IMG/VR virus record: IMGVR_UViG_3300047553_000257
Location: 1-56,916 of that record
Length of the DNA stretch: 56,916 bases
Strand: one strand, 5' to 3'
DNA from: a virus
Taxonomy: Duplodnaviria > Caudoviricetes
The position numbers and the translations under genes are program-made. Below, in pieces: positions 22,081 through 31,884 of this stretch. How positions within the stretch are numbered: position 1 is the first letter of the stretch; every line of letters starts with the position of its first letter. The notes under the pieces were generated by a model. It saw only the letters and a list, made by a program, of their open reading frames with translations, did not search any database and was not told where the DNA came from.

Positions 22081-25000
22081 ACTTCTTCTCCGCCTCTTCG
22101 GCGAGGTTGTTGAACTCCGTCATGAGGGCTGTGATCTCGTCATCAAGCTTCTGCGTCTCTGACGGCTTGGCCCCTTCAAGGATCATCTTACGGCGCTCCC
22201 TGCGCAGGTCTGAGACGTCACGGTAGTAAGACCCCACGTAGTCGATCAGCTCAGCCTTCGGGTTCTCGTCAAAGACCTCTGTGGTGTCCTGACCATTCTC
22301 TTCCCTCAGCTTGACTGTATTCTTGAGCTCGTTGACGGCCTTGACGTTGTCGTAGAATTTGCCACCTTCCGCAGTCTTTCCACCAACTTCTCCGTAGAAG
22401 CGTCTCACGAAGGCTATGTCGTTGGGCTCTATTTGCTCACCCCTAACCCCCTTCTCGAGGGTTGCTGTACTGCGGTACAGGAATTGCATAGGCGGCAACG
22501 TCTGCTCTACGAAGAACTTGACCTCTTCTGGGGTTGGTGAAAAGCCACCGACTTCATACTCGTCACCGCCAGTGACTGCGTTGATGACTTCAGCAGCCTT
22601 GCTGTACATGGCGTACATGACGGTCGTGTCACCTCGAGCGCGGCTCATGCCGGTGGTCGGGTTAAGGTCGTTGAAGTCCTTGTTATAGATACGACGACCC
22701 AGACCATCCTCGTTCTGCGTGTACTGGACGAACATGTCGAAGACTGATGGTGAGACAAACTCAATGAACCCAGCCCCGTAGGCAATTGGATTAACGGAGT
22801 TGATCATCACCTCTGCGGTGCCACCAATAAACTGTCCAGCCGTAAGCTGCCCCCTAGCCGCCTCGACCATGCGCCGCCCAATGGCTGGGAACATGTTGTA
22901 GAAGTACGGCATTGGGATAGGGACATACTTATTGGTGTCGGCAAACAAGCCTAGAGGAATGATGAAGGCGTGATCCTTCACCCACTCTGGTACATCGTCC
23001 TCATCATAGCCAGCGGCAGCAAGGACAAGACCTTGGATGACGCCCAGTCCAACGCCGCCAATCAAGATCTTCTTACCAGCCTTACCTAGCATGGTCTTAA
23101 TGTTACGGTCGGTCGATGCGATAGAAGCGTTGGAAAAGCCATACAGAGAATTGATCTCGCGTGTCCACTGGCCCTTCTGGTTGAAGTTCACCGTAATGTT
23201 CTTCGCGATCTCCGCTGCCTGCGCATCTGTCATTCCCTTGTCGACAGCTATCTTGAACGTGGCAAGGCGTGTGGCATTCTCCAGTGCGTCATTCCACGCC
23301 GTCACATAATCAACGACGACCTTGGGAGCACTTGTCTTTCCTGCAGACAATTGCTTGACTGCCTTCTGCAACTCCGCTTCCAGTTTTTCTGGGTCGCGGT
23401 CAAAGTTCTTAAAGAACGACTCTCTAATAGCTGTGCGTCCACCAGCCTTTTCGAATCTGTCGAATAGGTCAGCAACTTCCTGAGATCCAGCAGGCACAGG
23501 CTCACCACTGTCAGTGGCGCGGATGACCCGAACCAACTTCTTTGCGTACAAAGGAGCCTTCGTCATGACTTTGAACTGCTCACCGTCCAGCGGTGTGCTA
23601 GTTAGGTTAACCATCGCGCCCCATATGTCGCGTGCGAAGTTGACCGGTCCAAACTCTGGCATGTACTGGGTACGCAACTGCGACCACAGGCGCGTAATTC
23701 TTCCGACATTATCAATAAACGCGGCAGAGGCACCTTCGAGTGTTGGCAGATCGTCGTTCTTTAAGACGGTCGCGATGTCTACTGCCATCTTCTCGTCAGG
23801 ATTAAAGACGATGAACTTGTCCGTTCCGTCAACGCGAGTAGCGAAGACGTTCGGCTGACGCTTGAAGTTGGTGTCGGCGATTGTGTCTACGTTGCCAGTG
23901 CGTTTGTTGTATGCCCTCTTCGTCGGTGACTTGAAGATGTCGTCAGCAAGATCCGGATCCATGCCCATCGCAGCCAATTGCTTACGCACCTGATCAGGCG
24001 TAGCCGTCGAAGGATCGATGACCATCCAGAAGGCTTGATCCCCGTTTTCCAACGCAGCCTGAAACACTGTGTTGCCAAGACGGTTTGCCTCAGCGCGGTT
24101 AATAGCCGCTTCACGCTGCGTAACGATGTTGGCGATAATGCTGCTAACCGGTTTGCTTGAGCCGACAGCCGCCTTCAGTGCCGATCCCTCGACGCTTGCG
24201 CCACGAGTGCCAAGCGCATGACCACCGTCAACGCCTTCGCGGAACAGAGGGACGTAGAACTTATAAGCGTTACGCAAGTTACGGATCGTCTCTGCCGACT
24301 CTATGCCAGAGTCCTGCAGAACCTGCAGCGTTCCGTTTGTTATGACGTCCAGCTTCTTGGCTACCGCTTCAAGGCGGTTGCGCTTAGCAGGAGACAGTGC
24401 GGACAGATACGCTTTTGCAGCAGCATCATTGATGCCAGATCCACCATCTGGGAATGCGTCGTTACGCTCGCGGATGATGGCGTTGCGCTCTACCGCATGC
24501 CTGTTGTGCATGTAAGTTTCGACTTCATTGATCGACAGCGCTTGTTTGCCGATCTCCTTCAGCACTGGCTTAAGCTCATTGAGGTGGAACTCTTGCGTCG
24601 TATATGCGGCGCGACTACCCATCAACTGCTCAGCGCGGTCGATGTTTGTCTTGTCGTTATAGAAGTCGTCGATGTTCTTGGTGAGCTGCTTGAGAGAGCG
24701 CGTCCTGTTGACGAGCCTCTCGTACCAGTTAACCAGCCTTGGGTATTTTGCAGCCATTGGATCCACGCCAAGAACGGATGGACCGGTCTTGAACTTTGGT
24801 GCGTTTGGACGCAGAGCCTGTGGCCCAGTCTGGCGACCACCCCTTCCGCGACGGCCAGAATAGCTAATGCGCGGATCTTCTGGATCGAAGTTACCGTTAT
24901 TGCTCTCTGCGGATTTTATCTGCGTTGACTTAAACGCAACATACTCGGTTCCTATTCCAACTTGCTCTGGAAGGTTTCGAATGATTACTCCGTCGTGACC

Positions 25001-28000
25001 CTTTTTCTTGGCCTCCGCTATCAGCTTGTCCTTGGCTGCGTTGTCGTGCTCCCACCCACCATAGCCGTCTTTAACCATAACCCTCTTCGCGTCGACCGAC
25101 ATAGGGTTTTCGATTTTCAAAAAGACTTTGTATAGGGTTCCGTCACGAGCGTAACCGGTGAAGGCTCGCGCAATTTGCTCACTGTCGGAAAACGAGAAAC
25201 CATCCTGCGTACCCCAAGGTGCGGTATCAAAGACCTCAAAGGGACCGTCGGTTTCCTCATCGACCATTTCGGTTCCATGAAACACAACCAATGGGCGACC
25301 CTTAGCATCGACTACTTTGCTATTGCCAAACCACTTTTTGAATGACGGGCTATCGACGGTTCTGCCACGACGACCAGAGAAGCGCACATCCCCATCATCC
25401 ATCATCTCGCGAATACGGCCAGCGTTCGCATAGTTGAATGGAATCGCCTCAGATAGGACGGCATTAGTGTCGCCGCTGTTGTACTGATCACTGCGACCGC
25501 CACGTTGTGGGGCAAGCGTGAAGTTGTTCAGGTCTTCAAGCTGACCGCCTCGTCCATCCTGACGCCGCAGAATAACCGGAACCTGCTCAATGCCAGCGGC
25601 TTTGAATGCAGCCATGCGGTGACGGCCTTCATGACCCATGACTCGTCGAGGCTGCTCCTTGCCGGAAGCCATATATGGGTCTGCGATCTCGAGGAATAGT
25701 GGCTGGTCTACTCGACGTAGCTCATCAACATTCAATGGGCGAGCGCGAGTCTTCTCTGGATCCATTGTTGCAAGAAGATCACGCCCTTTGTTCGAAAGGG
25801 TGAGCCCCAAGAACTGATCCGGAGACATGAAGGTGATCCAAGCCTTTGTCTTGTTATCGTCATCAGGATAGGACAGATCCTGCAGCAGTAGGTCGGTGCG
25901 CTCTGGCGTGTAGACCGCACGACCGGTGCGACCAGAGTACTGGACGTTACCGGCTTTACCCGATTGAGCTGCTACAGCGTCATTGTACTGGTCGAAGTAC
26001 TCGCCCTCGCCCTTCGTATAGAAGTCGCTGCGTGCGGGATCGTGGTACATGAAGACAACATCTGGCTCGCCGTTATTGAAGGCGGAGAACTCAGTCTTGT
26101 CCCAGATTTTTGGTGCCTGTTCATTGTCCCACTTCATCCTCGCCGCGACTTTGAAGCCAGCCGTTGAGTACAAATAAGGGAGGACGGTGTCGTATGCGTC
26201 CAACCGGCGAGCGCCCAGCCACACCGCCATACGTGCGAGAGGGATAGCGACACCCCTAGTTTCTGACGATGGGTGCTTGAACACCGACACAAGATCGTCG
26301 CCCTTGAGGGCAAATCCAGTGAGCCCGTCCTCAGTGAGGAACAGGCGCATGTCGGCGTAATCTTTCTTGTCGTAGACGTAGACTGCAGCGCCAGCCTTAT
26401 TGGCCTTCTGCGCTTCAGAGATCAGTCGATGGTACAGCTTGGCCGAAGCTGGGCCGGTGGTCAGCTCGAGGAACTTGGGAGCATCAACACCTGCTACAGC
26501 AAGTGCGTTCTTTACCTTTACTGAGTGGCTGTATGTAGCGACTACAGGTGTGCGGCCCTCTAAGCTCCGCGCAAGGTTTCCGCCAGCTTTTCGGCTGACA
26601 TGTTCGGATGGTCTTCCAGAAGTTGCTGACCCAGCGCCATCAAGAATGGGGAACTCTTTATTGAGTCTGGTAATGACTGAATCTTGGATGAAGCGTCTGG
26701 CGTCTCTGGGCGCGAATTCATTAGCGGCCCCAGATTGTCTGTTAGCGTTTTGATTGACGGCTTTTCCGCCCAGAACGCTTCCTGATCCTTGTCCCCGTCC
26801 CCCCTTGGGTTGAACGGCGGTACTGATTTGCTCATCGGTAAATCCTCGCTTCTTAGCAATGCGAACGAACTCGTCGTAGTAGCTGGTTTCGCCAGCGCTA
26901 CCCGCATCGTCTGCGCCTTTGCCCTTTTCCCGTACACCAAACTTCTTAGACCACAACCGCTTTTCTGGATACCAGAGTATGGCCTGAAGATCGGCATTAG
27001 TAATGTTAATGCCATCGCCTTGCAAGATCTGTTGCGACTTAGCAACAATATCACGTATCCAAGTGCGCTGCCAATCAGCCTTCGGTGCGTCCTTTGTGTC
27101 TTCAAAGCTAGCAAGAAGACGCTGTGCAGCCAGCGCCGTCTCTGGCTTAACCTTCTCTCCGCTGTCGTAGGCGGCGCGGTTAACCTTAAAGTCTTTCTCG
27201 AAAGCCTTGGACTCAGCCTGCGCAACCTCAAGCAGCTCTGCTCCATATGCGTTTGTTGGACGACCGTCATCTGCCAGCGCTTTAGTAAGGCGCTCTTCCT
27301 GCTGCTGGATAAGCTCAGGATCTGCACCAATAAGGTCGCCAGTCATGCGGCCCCACGTCCGCATAAACCACATGTCGATTGTTACGGGATCGTAGCGACC
27401 ATTGAGGTTTGAGTAGAAGCCAAAGCCAATCTTTGGACCAAGCACTGCACTGCCGTAGACCATCTCTTCAGATGCGCCAGACACATTTCTAAAGCCAGCG
27501 GCACGCAGCTCGCGGACTGTGAACTTGGTGGCAAAGAACTTCGAGACCGCCTCAGCGCCATACTTTTCAACGATTGAGTTGAAGAGTTTCGCGTTGGAAA
27601 TAATCGAGGATGCGGCCTTGCCCCAACCTTCGTTTTCAGGAAACTTACCATTCTTCTTATAGTGCTCGTACCAGCGCTCAGCAAACACAGCGTTGGCATC
27701 GACAGATTGATTCTGCGAAGTAATAGCAAGAGCTGCAGTAAAGTGCAGTTGAGCACCTACATCAGTAGCGATCTCAGGGTGGATCATAGATGCGACAGCA
27801 GTAGCCTTGCGCATCTCCTCTGTGTACCAGCCAGAAGCGTTGCGCTTGCCGGAACGTGCCAGCTCAGACTTCACCTCATGGGCTACGGTCTGTGCAAGAA
27901 GGTCATCCTTTTGACCGGCTGCAGTGATGGGCCTGCCAAGAATAGAAAGCGTGCGCTTCTGGATTTCCATGGCCGCTTCGGTGACACCCATCGTTCCTTG

Positions 28001-31000
28001 CTTAACGTCTGGCTGAGCAAATAGCTCGTCAGCGGAAAGCTTAGATGCTTTGATGTTCTTCTTGAACTCGCCCGTGGCGCTATCTTTCTTCCGACCAGAG
28101 TACTGGACACCGCTATCCTGCTCCGCAAGCGGCGCAGGCTCAGTAAATCCTTTAGATGTCTCGCCGGTACGGAAGCCTTCAAAGATATCAGCAACAGAAT
28201 CAACGCGATTTGCGCGGAAGATATTGCGGAAGCCACGAAGCATATCGCTGACAAAGTCGACGAAGCGGATGAAGCTAGCCTTCATGCCCTTCATGTCAAC
28301 GCCGCGATCCTTGGCATCTACGAGAGCGCCAAATGCCACAGCCTGCGCCTCAAAGCCAGACAGTGGGGTATCACCGAAGCTGTTGATAAGGCTGTCGTAT
28401 ACGCTGCCCTCACCATCCGTATCCAAGGTCTTCAGTTTACGGATAATGCTTGGGTCAAGATCCTTGATCCGCATGCCGTCGTAGAATGATGAATTGATAG
28501 TCTTGTAGAGATCTGGAGCGTCGACGCGAAGGAAGTCTTGAATGACGTGGAACGCTTCATGCGCCGCATTCTCTCGAGCAACTTCCGTAAGCTTATCGCT
28601 AAGCGACAACGTGATCAGACCACGAAAGCCGTTCTGACTTAAGCTGTAGGCGCGATATGCTCCGCTGGCTTCTGCACCCAGATCAATACCGCTGGCTGCT
28701 GCCGCACCGGCATCAGTTGCTGTGATTGATGGAACAAAGAGAACGTCAACCTTTGAATTGCTAGGCAATACACGAGACACGACCTCGCCCATCTGGAACG
28801 CATAGTAGAGCTGTGTTGGGTTGTAGTCGTTCTTCTTCAGCAGAGAGCGTAGGCGGTTGGCAACAATCCTGCCTTGACCACCACGAGCGGCAATCTTGTC
28901 GAGACGGTCTTGGATAACTGCCTCGTAATCAATCTCAGGTTTTGCTTCAGTTTCAGGAGCTGCCTTAGCGTCCTTCGTCAGCGGTGTATCGCGGACAACG
29001 TCGCTAGCTTTCTTTGCCTTGGGGCGGACAACGTCGCGACGGCCAGAGTATTGAGTACCACCATCACCGCGCTTGGTATTGAGCTGACTGATAAGCTCTG
29101 GCCCAATATCCTCAGCCCCCATGTCCTTGTCTTTGGACATGCGCTTGATCTCAGCAAGATCTGCGTCGTCGATCAGACCCTCTTTATGAACCTTATTGGC
29201 GTAGCGAACGACGCCATTGCGGTCATCGTTAAGAATCTTGTCCTCGATATTCTCGACGTGCTTTTCAACCTTGCGACCAGCATCTTGAGTAGGAGATTCA
29301 GCCTCCGCCTCTTCTTGAGCCGGAGCTGGTGCCTCTTCCTTAGCTTCTGGAGCTGGAGCCTCTTCCTTAGCTGGAGCTGGCAAAGCATTCTGGGCAGGCG
29401 CTTGGATCTGGGCGGGTGCGCCGCTGATCTCGTTCGGCGCCTCTACATTGCCCTCTACGTTTGGCGCAGGCTCTTGCTGTGGGTTTGCCTGTGCGTTCTG
29501 CGTCACCGGCATTTGGTCTGTATTGTCTTCAAAGCCAGTCATACGTGTAGGCGAGATCGTGGCAGGCAAGCCGCTCTCAGTCGGTACTAAAGCTCGCGTG
29601 CTGGTGCGGTCTACTGACTGACGTGGGTTCAGGTCGGTACCCGTCCCCTTACGTGGTTTACGCACGTCGCCAGCGAGCTCCTGCGTCATGCGTGCTGTGC
29701 CACGAACGACACGATCAAACATTGCAGTTGGGTCTACGTCCTCTGAGATGATCACGGGTGCGCCGTTGCCATCTAGTTCTGTGGGAGACTCGTATTGAAT
29801 GCGGACCTTGCCGCCTTCTGCGCCGACAATCGTTGCAGCAATGCCGCCAAGATCTTCGCCATAGACTGCTGGGTTGAGGAAGAACTGGGCCTCTGGCTCT
29901 GGAGCACCGGCACGCAGATCTTCGCGCTGTGTGAGCTCGCCTGTGGCTGTGTCAAACCGGCGTTGACGCACATCTGCCAAGCGGAAAGCTTGCTGTGCTT
30001 CGCGCTCACGCTGAGCTTCGTTTGTCACATCCTCTTGCGACATGATGACGCTGCCTTCGCCGCCACGTTCTGGGCGTGCGAATAGAGTGCCGGTCTGTGC
30101 GGTCGGCTGGTAATTGCTGACGGCGTTACGCAAGCCGCTGACGAACTGCTTGCCAGTCGACTCTAGCGACTGAGCTATGGCTGAAAGAGTTGGGCTCTCA
30201 GCAATGATTTCAGGACTGATCTTTGAAAGCTCGTCGGCAATCATCTGCTTAGAATTGCTGACGGAATTTGTGCCGCCAAACATTCCAGAGATACGGCGAA
30301 CGGCTTCAGGCTCGACTCGAGCAACCTCTTCCTGATTAAGGATGCGAGCAACCTGCTGGACCTTCGCCACGTCGCTCACTGGTTGCGACATGATGTCGGC
30401 AATGCGTGGGTTCGACTCGTTGTTACGAGCAATATCAAGGATCTGCGCAGGCGTGTAATTCATACCGCCAGCGGAGATGTTGCCCATACCGCGAAGCGCT
30501 ACAGCATTCTGGTCTTCAAGTAGACCGCCACCCTCGCGAACAGGGTTAGCCTCCCCTCGAGCAGCAAGTGCTGTGGCGAGCTCTTCGTCTTCCATTGCAT
30601 TGGGTTGGCTAGCAGTGTCTTTGCGAATGTACTCCGCGCCTGTACCAACCGTCGCTTCGATAGCGCCCGTCGGTAACTCACCAGCAAATTCAGCAACGAT
30701 ATCCTGTGGGCTAGTAATGCGACCTTCCGACAACAACTGGGCGGAGGCTTCACCACCGGCACCAAGAGCGCCTTGGCTTACAGTTTCAGCAGCACCACCA
30801 GCAAGCACTGCTCCTGCACGTCTACCGGCACTTGCTTCTGCGATATCACCGCCGACGCGCCGCGCAATCTGACTACCACCAAGCTTACCGGCTAATCCGA
30901 CAGAGAGCGCGTCGAATGCAGCGACAGCAATACCACGACGAAGACCGCGCTCCTTAGCCTCTTCCATAATCTTTGGATCATCTATAGCTGCCTTAAGGGC

Positions 31001-31849
31001 TTCTGGATCGTCAAGATCAATGCCGTTGCGCTCGAACGTCTCGAGCATTGCGCTGCCGTATTCTGTAGCAAAGCTACCTACACCAGACCCAACGCCTCCA
31101 CCGACACGTCCGCCAATCACCGTACCTGCGGGACCGCCTACAGCGGTTCCTGCAAATGCGCCGCCAACGCCGCCAACTGCACCACCCACCATCGAGTACA
31201 TCGATGACGGAATGCTTTCTATGGCTACGTTTGCAAGAAGAAGACCGTTTGTAAATATCTCGCGAGCTGAAGCAAAGAAGCCGTCCGCCGCTTGGAAGCG
31301 CTCGTAGGCTTCCTGCTCACTCTTGTTTCTGGCATTGTTCTGTACACGAGCTCGACCAGCAACGATGCCTTCTAGGTCTTCCTGCTCGACATCGCCGATT
31401 AATGCCTCAAGTGCGTTCTGAGTAGACTGAGCCTGTCCTATGCCACGTTGGAAGGCAGCTCCAATTCCGCCTTTCCCATAGCCGCCGCTTTTGTTTATCT
31501 CCTGCCTAGAGCGCTTGATGTCCTCGATGTCGGCAGCAATGCTGTCGCGATCAGCCTTTAGCTGCTCACGGCGGCTTTCAAGAATAGGAAGGTAATCACC
31601 GACTGCCGACACAGCGTTGTATACGCCGCTTTTTTTGCGAGACCTGTTGTCATCAGCTATTCTTTTATCCGCTTCCGCCAAACGGCGCTGAAGAGAACTG
31701 ATAGTTGAGTCACTTGCTGACTGGCTTGAGGATCTGGAAGGCGCTTCAATTTGCGTGCGTGCGCTGCTCTGTGATGCAGGCTTCGCTTGTCCAGACCGAA
31801 CTTCAGACAGAAGACGATCCATCGCGGACATATTATTATTAACAGCCAT
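22079..31849 (-). CDS. Giant polyvalent internal virion/ejection protein (zincin peptidase, glycosylase-like, GNAT-like, ParB-like, ART-PolyVal and LPD38-like domains)
   Basis: 3256 aa at the end of the virion operon; motifs HEAFH, VTIDMW, RLDAYD, EGRHR..A...G...VPV and FKKWFG.SKVVD..G.PLVVFHGT...IKS...N.G.FD. Confidence 0.82.
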   Translation of the reverse strand: MAVNNNMSAMDRLLSEVRSGQAKPASQSSARTQIEAPSRSSSQSASDSTISSLQRRLAEADKRIADDNRSRKKSGVYNAVSAVGDYLPILESRREQLKADRDSIAADIEDIKRSRQEINKSGGYGKGGIGAAFQRGIGQAQSTQNALEALIGDVEQEDLEGIVAGRARVQNNARNKSEQEAYERFQAADGFFASAREIFTNGLLLANVAIESIPSSMYSMVGGAVGGVGGAFAGTAVGGPAGTVIGGRVGGGVGSGVGSFATEYGSAMLETFERNGIDLDDPEALKAAIDDPKIMEEAKERGLRRGIAVAAFDALSVGLAGKLGGSQIARRVGGDIAEASAGRRAGAVLAGGAAETVSQGALGAGGEASAQLLSEGRITSPQDIVAEFAGELPTGAIEATVGTGAEYIRKDTASQPNAMEDEELATALAARGEANPVREGGGLLEDQNAVALRGMGNISAGGMNYTPAQILDIARNNESNPRIADIMSQPVSDVAKVQQVARILNQEEVARVEPEAVRRISGMFGGTNSVSNSKQMIADELSKISPEIIAESPTLSAIAQSLESTGKQFVSGLRNAVSNYQPTAQTGTLFARPERGGEGSVIMSQEDVTNEAQREREAQQAFRLADVRQRRFDTATGELTQREDLRAGAPEPEAQFFLNPAVYGEDLGGIAATIVGAEGGKVRIQYESPTELDGNGAPVIISEDVDPTAMFDRVVRGTARMTQELAGDVRKPRKGTGTDLNPRQSVDRTSTRALVPTESGLPATISPTRMTGFEDNTDQMPVTQNAQANPQQEPAPNVEGNVEAPNEISGAPAQIQAPAQNALPAPAKEEAPAPEAKEEAPAPAQEEAEAESPTQDAGRKVEKHVENIEDKILNDDRNGVVRYANKVHKEGLIDDADLAEIKRMSKDKDMGAEDIGPELISQLNTKRGDGGTQYSGRRDVVRPKAKKASDVVRDTPLTKDAKAAPETEAKPEIDYEAVIQDRLDKIAARGGQGRIVANRLRSLLKKNDYNPTQLYYAFQMGEVVSRVLPSNSKVDVLFVPSITATDAGAAAASGIDLGAEASGAYRAYSLSQNGFRGLITLSLSDKLTEVARENAAHEAFHVIQDFLRVDAPDLYKTINSSFYDGMRIKDLDPSIIRKLKTLDTDGEGSVYDSLINSFGDTPLSGFEAQAVAFGALVDAKDRGVDMKGMKASFIRFVDFVSDMLRGFRNIFRANRVDSVADIFEGFRTGETSKGFTEPAPLAEQDSGVQYSGRKKDSATGEFKKNIKASKLSADELFAQPDVKQGTMGVTEAAMEIQKRTLSILGRPITAAGQKDDLLAQTVAHEVKSELARSGKRNASGWYTEEMRKATAVASMIHPEIATDVGAQLHFTAALAITSQNQSVDANAVFAERWYEHYKKNGKFPENEGWGKAASSIISNAKLFNSIVEKYGAEAVSKFFATKFTVRELRAAGFRNVSGASEEMVYGSAVLGPKIGFGFYSNLNGRYDPVTIDMWFMRTWGRMTGDLIGADPELIQQQEERLTKALADDGRPTNAYGAELLEVAQAESKAFEKDFKVNRAAYDSGEKVKPETALAAQRLLASFEDTKDAPKADWQRTWIRDIVAKSQQILQGDGINITNADLQAILWYPEKRLWSKKFGVREKGKGADDAGSAGETSYYDEFVRIAKKRGFTDEQISTAVQPKGGRGQGSGSVLGGKAVNQNANRQSGAANEFAPRDARRFIQDSVITRLNKEFPILDGAGSATSGRPSEHVSRKAGGNLARSLEGRTPVVATYSHSVKVKNALAVAGVDAPKFLELTTGPASAKLYHRLISEAQKANKAGAAVYVYDKKDYADMRLFLTEDGLTGFALKGDDLVSVFKHPSSETRGVAIPLARMAVWLGARRLDAYDTVLPYLYSTAGFKVAARMKWDNEQAPKIWDKTEFSAFNNGEPDVVFMYHDPARSDFYTKGEGEYFDQYNDAVAAQSGKAGNVQYSGRTGRAVYTPERTDLLLQDLSYPDDDNKTKAWITFMSPDQFLGLTLSNKGRDLLATMDPEKTRARPLNVDELRRVDQPLFLEIADPYMASGKEQPRRVMGHEGRHRMAAFKAAGIEQVPVILRRQDGRGGQLEDLNNFTLAPQRGGRSDQYNSGDTNAVLSEAIPFNYANAGRIREMMDDGDVRFSGRRGRTVDSPSFKKWFGNSKVVDAKGRPLVVFHGTEMVDEETDGPFEVFDTAPWGTQDGFSFSDSEQIARAFTGYARDGTLYKVFLKIENPMSVDAKRVMVKDGYGGWEHDNAAKDKLIAEAKKKGHDGVIIRNLPEQVGIGTEYVAFKSTQIKSAESNNGNFDPEDPRISYSGRRGRGGRQTGPQALRPNAPKFKTGPSVLGVDPMAAKYPRLVNWYERLVNRTRSLKQLTKNIDDFYNDKTNIDRAEQLMGSRAAYTTQEFHLNELKPVLKEIGKQALSINEVETYMHNRHAVERNAIIRERNDAFPDGGSGINDAAAKAYLSALSPAKRNRLEAVAKKLDVITNGTLQVLQDSGIESAETIRNLRNAYKFYVPLFREGVDGGHALGTRGASVEGSALKAAVGSSKPVSSIIANIVTQREAAINRAEANRLGNTVFQAALENGDQAFWMVIDPSTATPDQVRKQLAAMGMDPDLADDIFKSPTKRAYNKRTGNVDTIADTNFKRQPNVFATRVDGTDKFIVFNPDEKMAVDIATVLKNDDLPTLEGASAAFIDNVGRITRLWSQLRTQYMPEFGPVNFARDIWGAMVNLTSTPLDGEQFKVMTKAPLYAKKLVRVIRATDSGEPVPAGSQEVADLFDRFEKAGGRTAIRESFFKNFDRDPEKLEAELQKAVKQLSAGKTSAPKVVVDYVTAWNDALENATRLATFKIAVDKGMTDAQAAEIAKNITVNFNQKGQWTREINSLYGFSNASIASTDRNIKTMLGKAGKKILIGGVGLGVIQGLVLAAAGYDEDDVPEWVKDHAFIIPLGLFADTNKYVPIPMPYFYNMFPAIGRRMVEAARGQLTAGQFIGGTAEVMINSVNPIAYGAGFIEFVSPSVFDMFVQYTQNEDGLGRRIYNKDFNDLNPTTGMSRARGDTTVMYAMYSKAAEVINAVTGGDEYEVGGFSPTPEEVKFFVEQTLPPMQFLYRSTATLEKGVRGEQIEPNDIAFVRRFYGEVGGKTAEGGKFYDNVKAVNELKNTVKLREENGQDTTEVFDENPKAELIDYVGSYYRDVSDLRRERRKMILEGAKPSETQKLDDEITALMTEFNNLAEEAEKK

Positions 31850-31884
31850 TTAATATCCCAAAGCCAAAAAGAATGAGAGCAGTA

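Noticed and set aside
22079-31849. Giant ORF as a virion RNA polymerase (N4-like) or tape measure protein
   Set aside because: No recognisable polymerase catalytic motifs or tape-measure repeats; the domain string fits a polyvalent ejection protein.
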